From: an uncultured bacterium
GTDB taxonomy: Bacteria; Verrucomicrobiota; Kiritimatiellia; RFP12; UBA1067
Length of the DNA stretch: 57,977 nt
Reading direction: 5' to 3'
NCBI GenBank assembly: GCA_903935195.1
Contig: CAIZQW010000151.1
Span: forward strand, 1 to 57,977
The notes beneath the pieces were generated by a model that had not been told where the DNA came from, did not search any database, and was given only the letters and a program-made list of their open reading frames with translations. Positions 57,400-57,977 of this stretch are shown piece after piece (positions within the stretch are counted from its first letter, which is position 1; every line of letters begins with the position of its first letter). Made by a program: the position numbers and the translations under genes.

Positions 57400-57977
57400 A
57401 TGATCATTTTAAATCGGGAATGTTGGGGGCTTCTGCTAATCGGTTGCGTGGCTGCTGGTGCGTTGGCAGCGGATCAGCCGCAGTGGGGGGAACGCTATTC
57501 GCGAAACATGGTGTCGCAGGAGAAGGGGTTGCCAGACCACGTTGATCTTGTTAAGGGTGTGAATGTCAAATGGATCGCGGAAAATGGCACGGAGACGTAT
57601 TCAACACCCGTGATCGCAGGCGGCAAAGTTTATATCGGTACGAACAATAAAAAACCGCGCAATGAAAAGCATATTGGCGACCGCGGTGTCCTCATGTGTT
57701 TTGATGAGCAGACCGGAACGTTTCTCTGGCAATGGGTGGTCCCTAAGATCACCACCAGTGTCTATTGGGACTGGACAGGGGCAGGTGTCTGTTCGTCCGT
57801 GACCGTTGAGAGTAATCTCGTTTATGGGGTCAGCAGTCGTGGTGAGGTGGTGTGTCTGGACCCCGAAGGCATGGCCAATGGCAATCAGGGACCCTATACA
57901 GATGAAGCTCGGCATAGTACACCCGAAGGGATGTCGGTCGTTGAGGTCGGACCAAAAGATGCGGATATCCTCTGGCT
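57400..57977 (+). CDS. PQQ-binding-like beta-propeller repeat protein, secreted (runs off the window end; absent from the ORF track)
   Basis: Manual translation MIILNRECWGLLLIGCVAAGALAADQPQWG..RNM..NVKWIA..YSTPVIAGGKVYIG..LMCFDEQTG.FLWQ with no stop before the window end. Confidence 0.85.
   Translation, partial: MIILNRECWGLLLIGCVAAGALAADQPQWGERYSRNMVSQEKGLPDHVDLVKGVNVKWIAENGTETYSTPVIAGGKVYIGTNNKKPRNEKHIGDRGVLMCFDEQTGTFLWQWVVPKITTSVYWDWTGAGVCSSVTVESNLVYGVSSRGEVVCLDPEGMANGNQGPYTDEARHSTPEGMSVVEVGPKDADILW

Noticed and set aside
57601-57915. 104-aa minus-strand ORF
   Set aside because: Antisense to the plus-strand PQQ-like propeller gene starting at 57400

Overview
Gene-dense chromosomal window from a bacterium that degrades carbohydrates. 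The sulfatase, LamG, SGNH, PQQ-propeller, Tat Gfo/Idh/MocA and URO-D-family genes suggest an anaerobic PVC-superphylum organism; this taxonomy is inference only. Housekeeping genes are dut, glgP, galE, uvrA, rpsL-rpsG (with no fusA/tuf), tRNA-His, htpG, ugd plus a UDP-glucuronate decarboxylase, and yggS. The window also has a MarR-RND efflux operon, three small polyol/rare-sugar modules and a pair of giant SPFH proteins. Four things stand out. (1) A co-directional redox locus at 40398-50072 encodes EtfB, ferredoxin-fused EtfA, ETF:quinone oxidoreductase, a Tat-exported Gfo/Idh/MocA oxidoreductase, a 7-heme cytochrome c with a His-bearing membrane anchor, ApbE and a secreted discoidin-like protein. 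It is a candidate new link between periplasmic sugar oxidation and electron bifurcation. (2) A RAYT-like HUH transposase is bracketed by three matched pairs of inverted GGGACAGAC motifs, inside a ~3.7-kb segment bounded by 38-bp direct repeats. (3) Many intergenic spacers are mosaics of 7-, 8-, 9- and 16-mer tandem repeats, often as inverted arms, with a nested REP-like hairpin that shows compensatory stem changes. (4) An LsrF thiolase sits with DhaK/DhaL and a lipoprotein lyxose-isomerase-like cupin instead of lsr genes. All calls come from reading motifs by eye; no searches were run.
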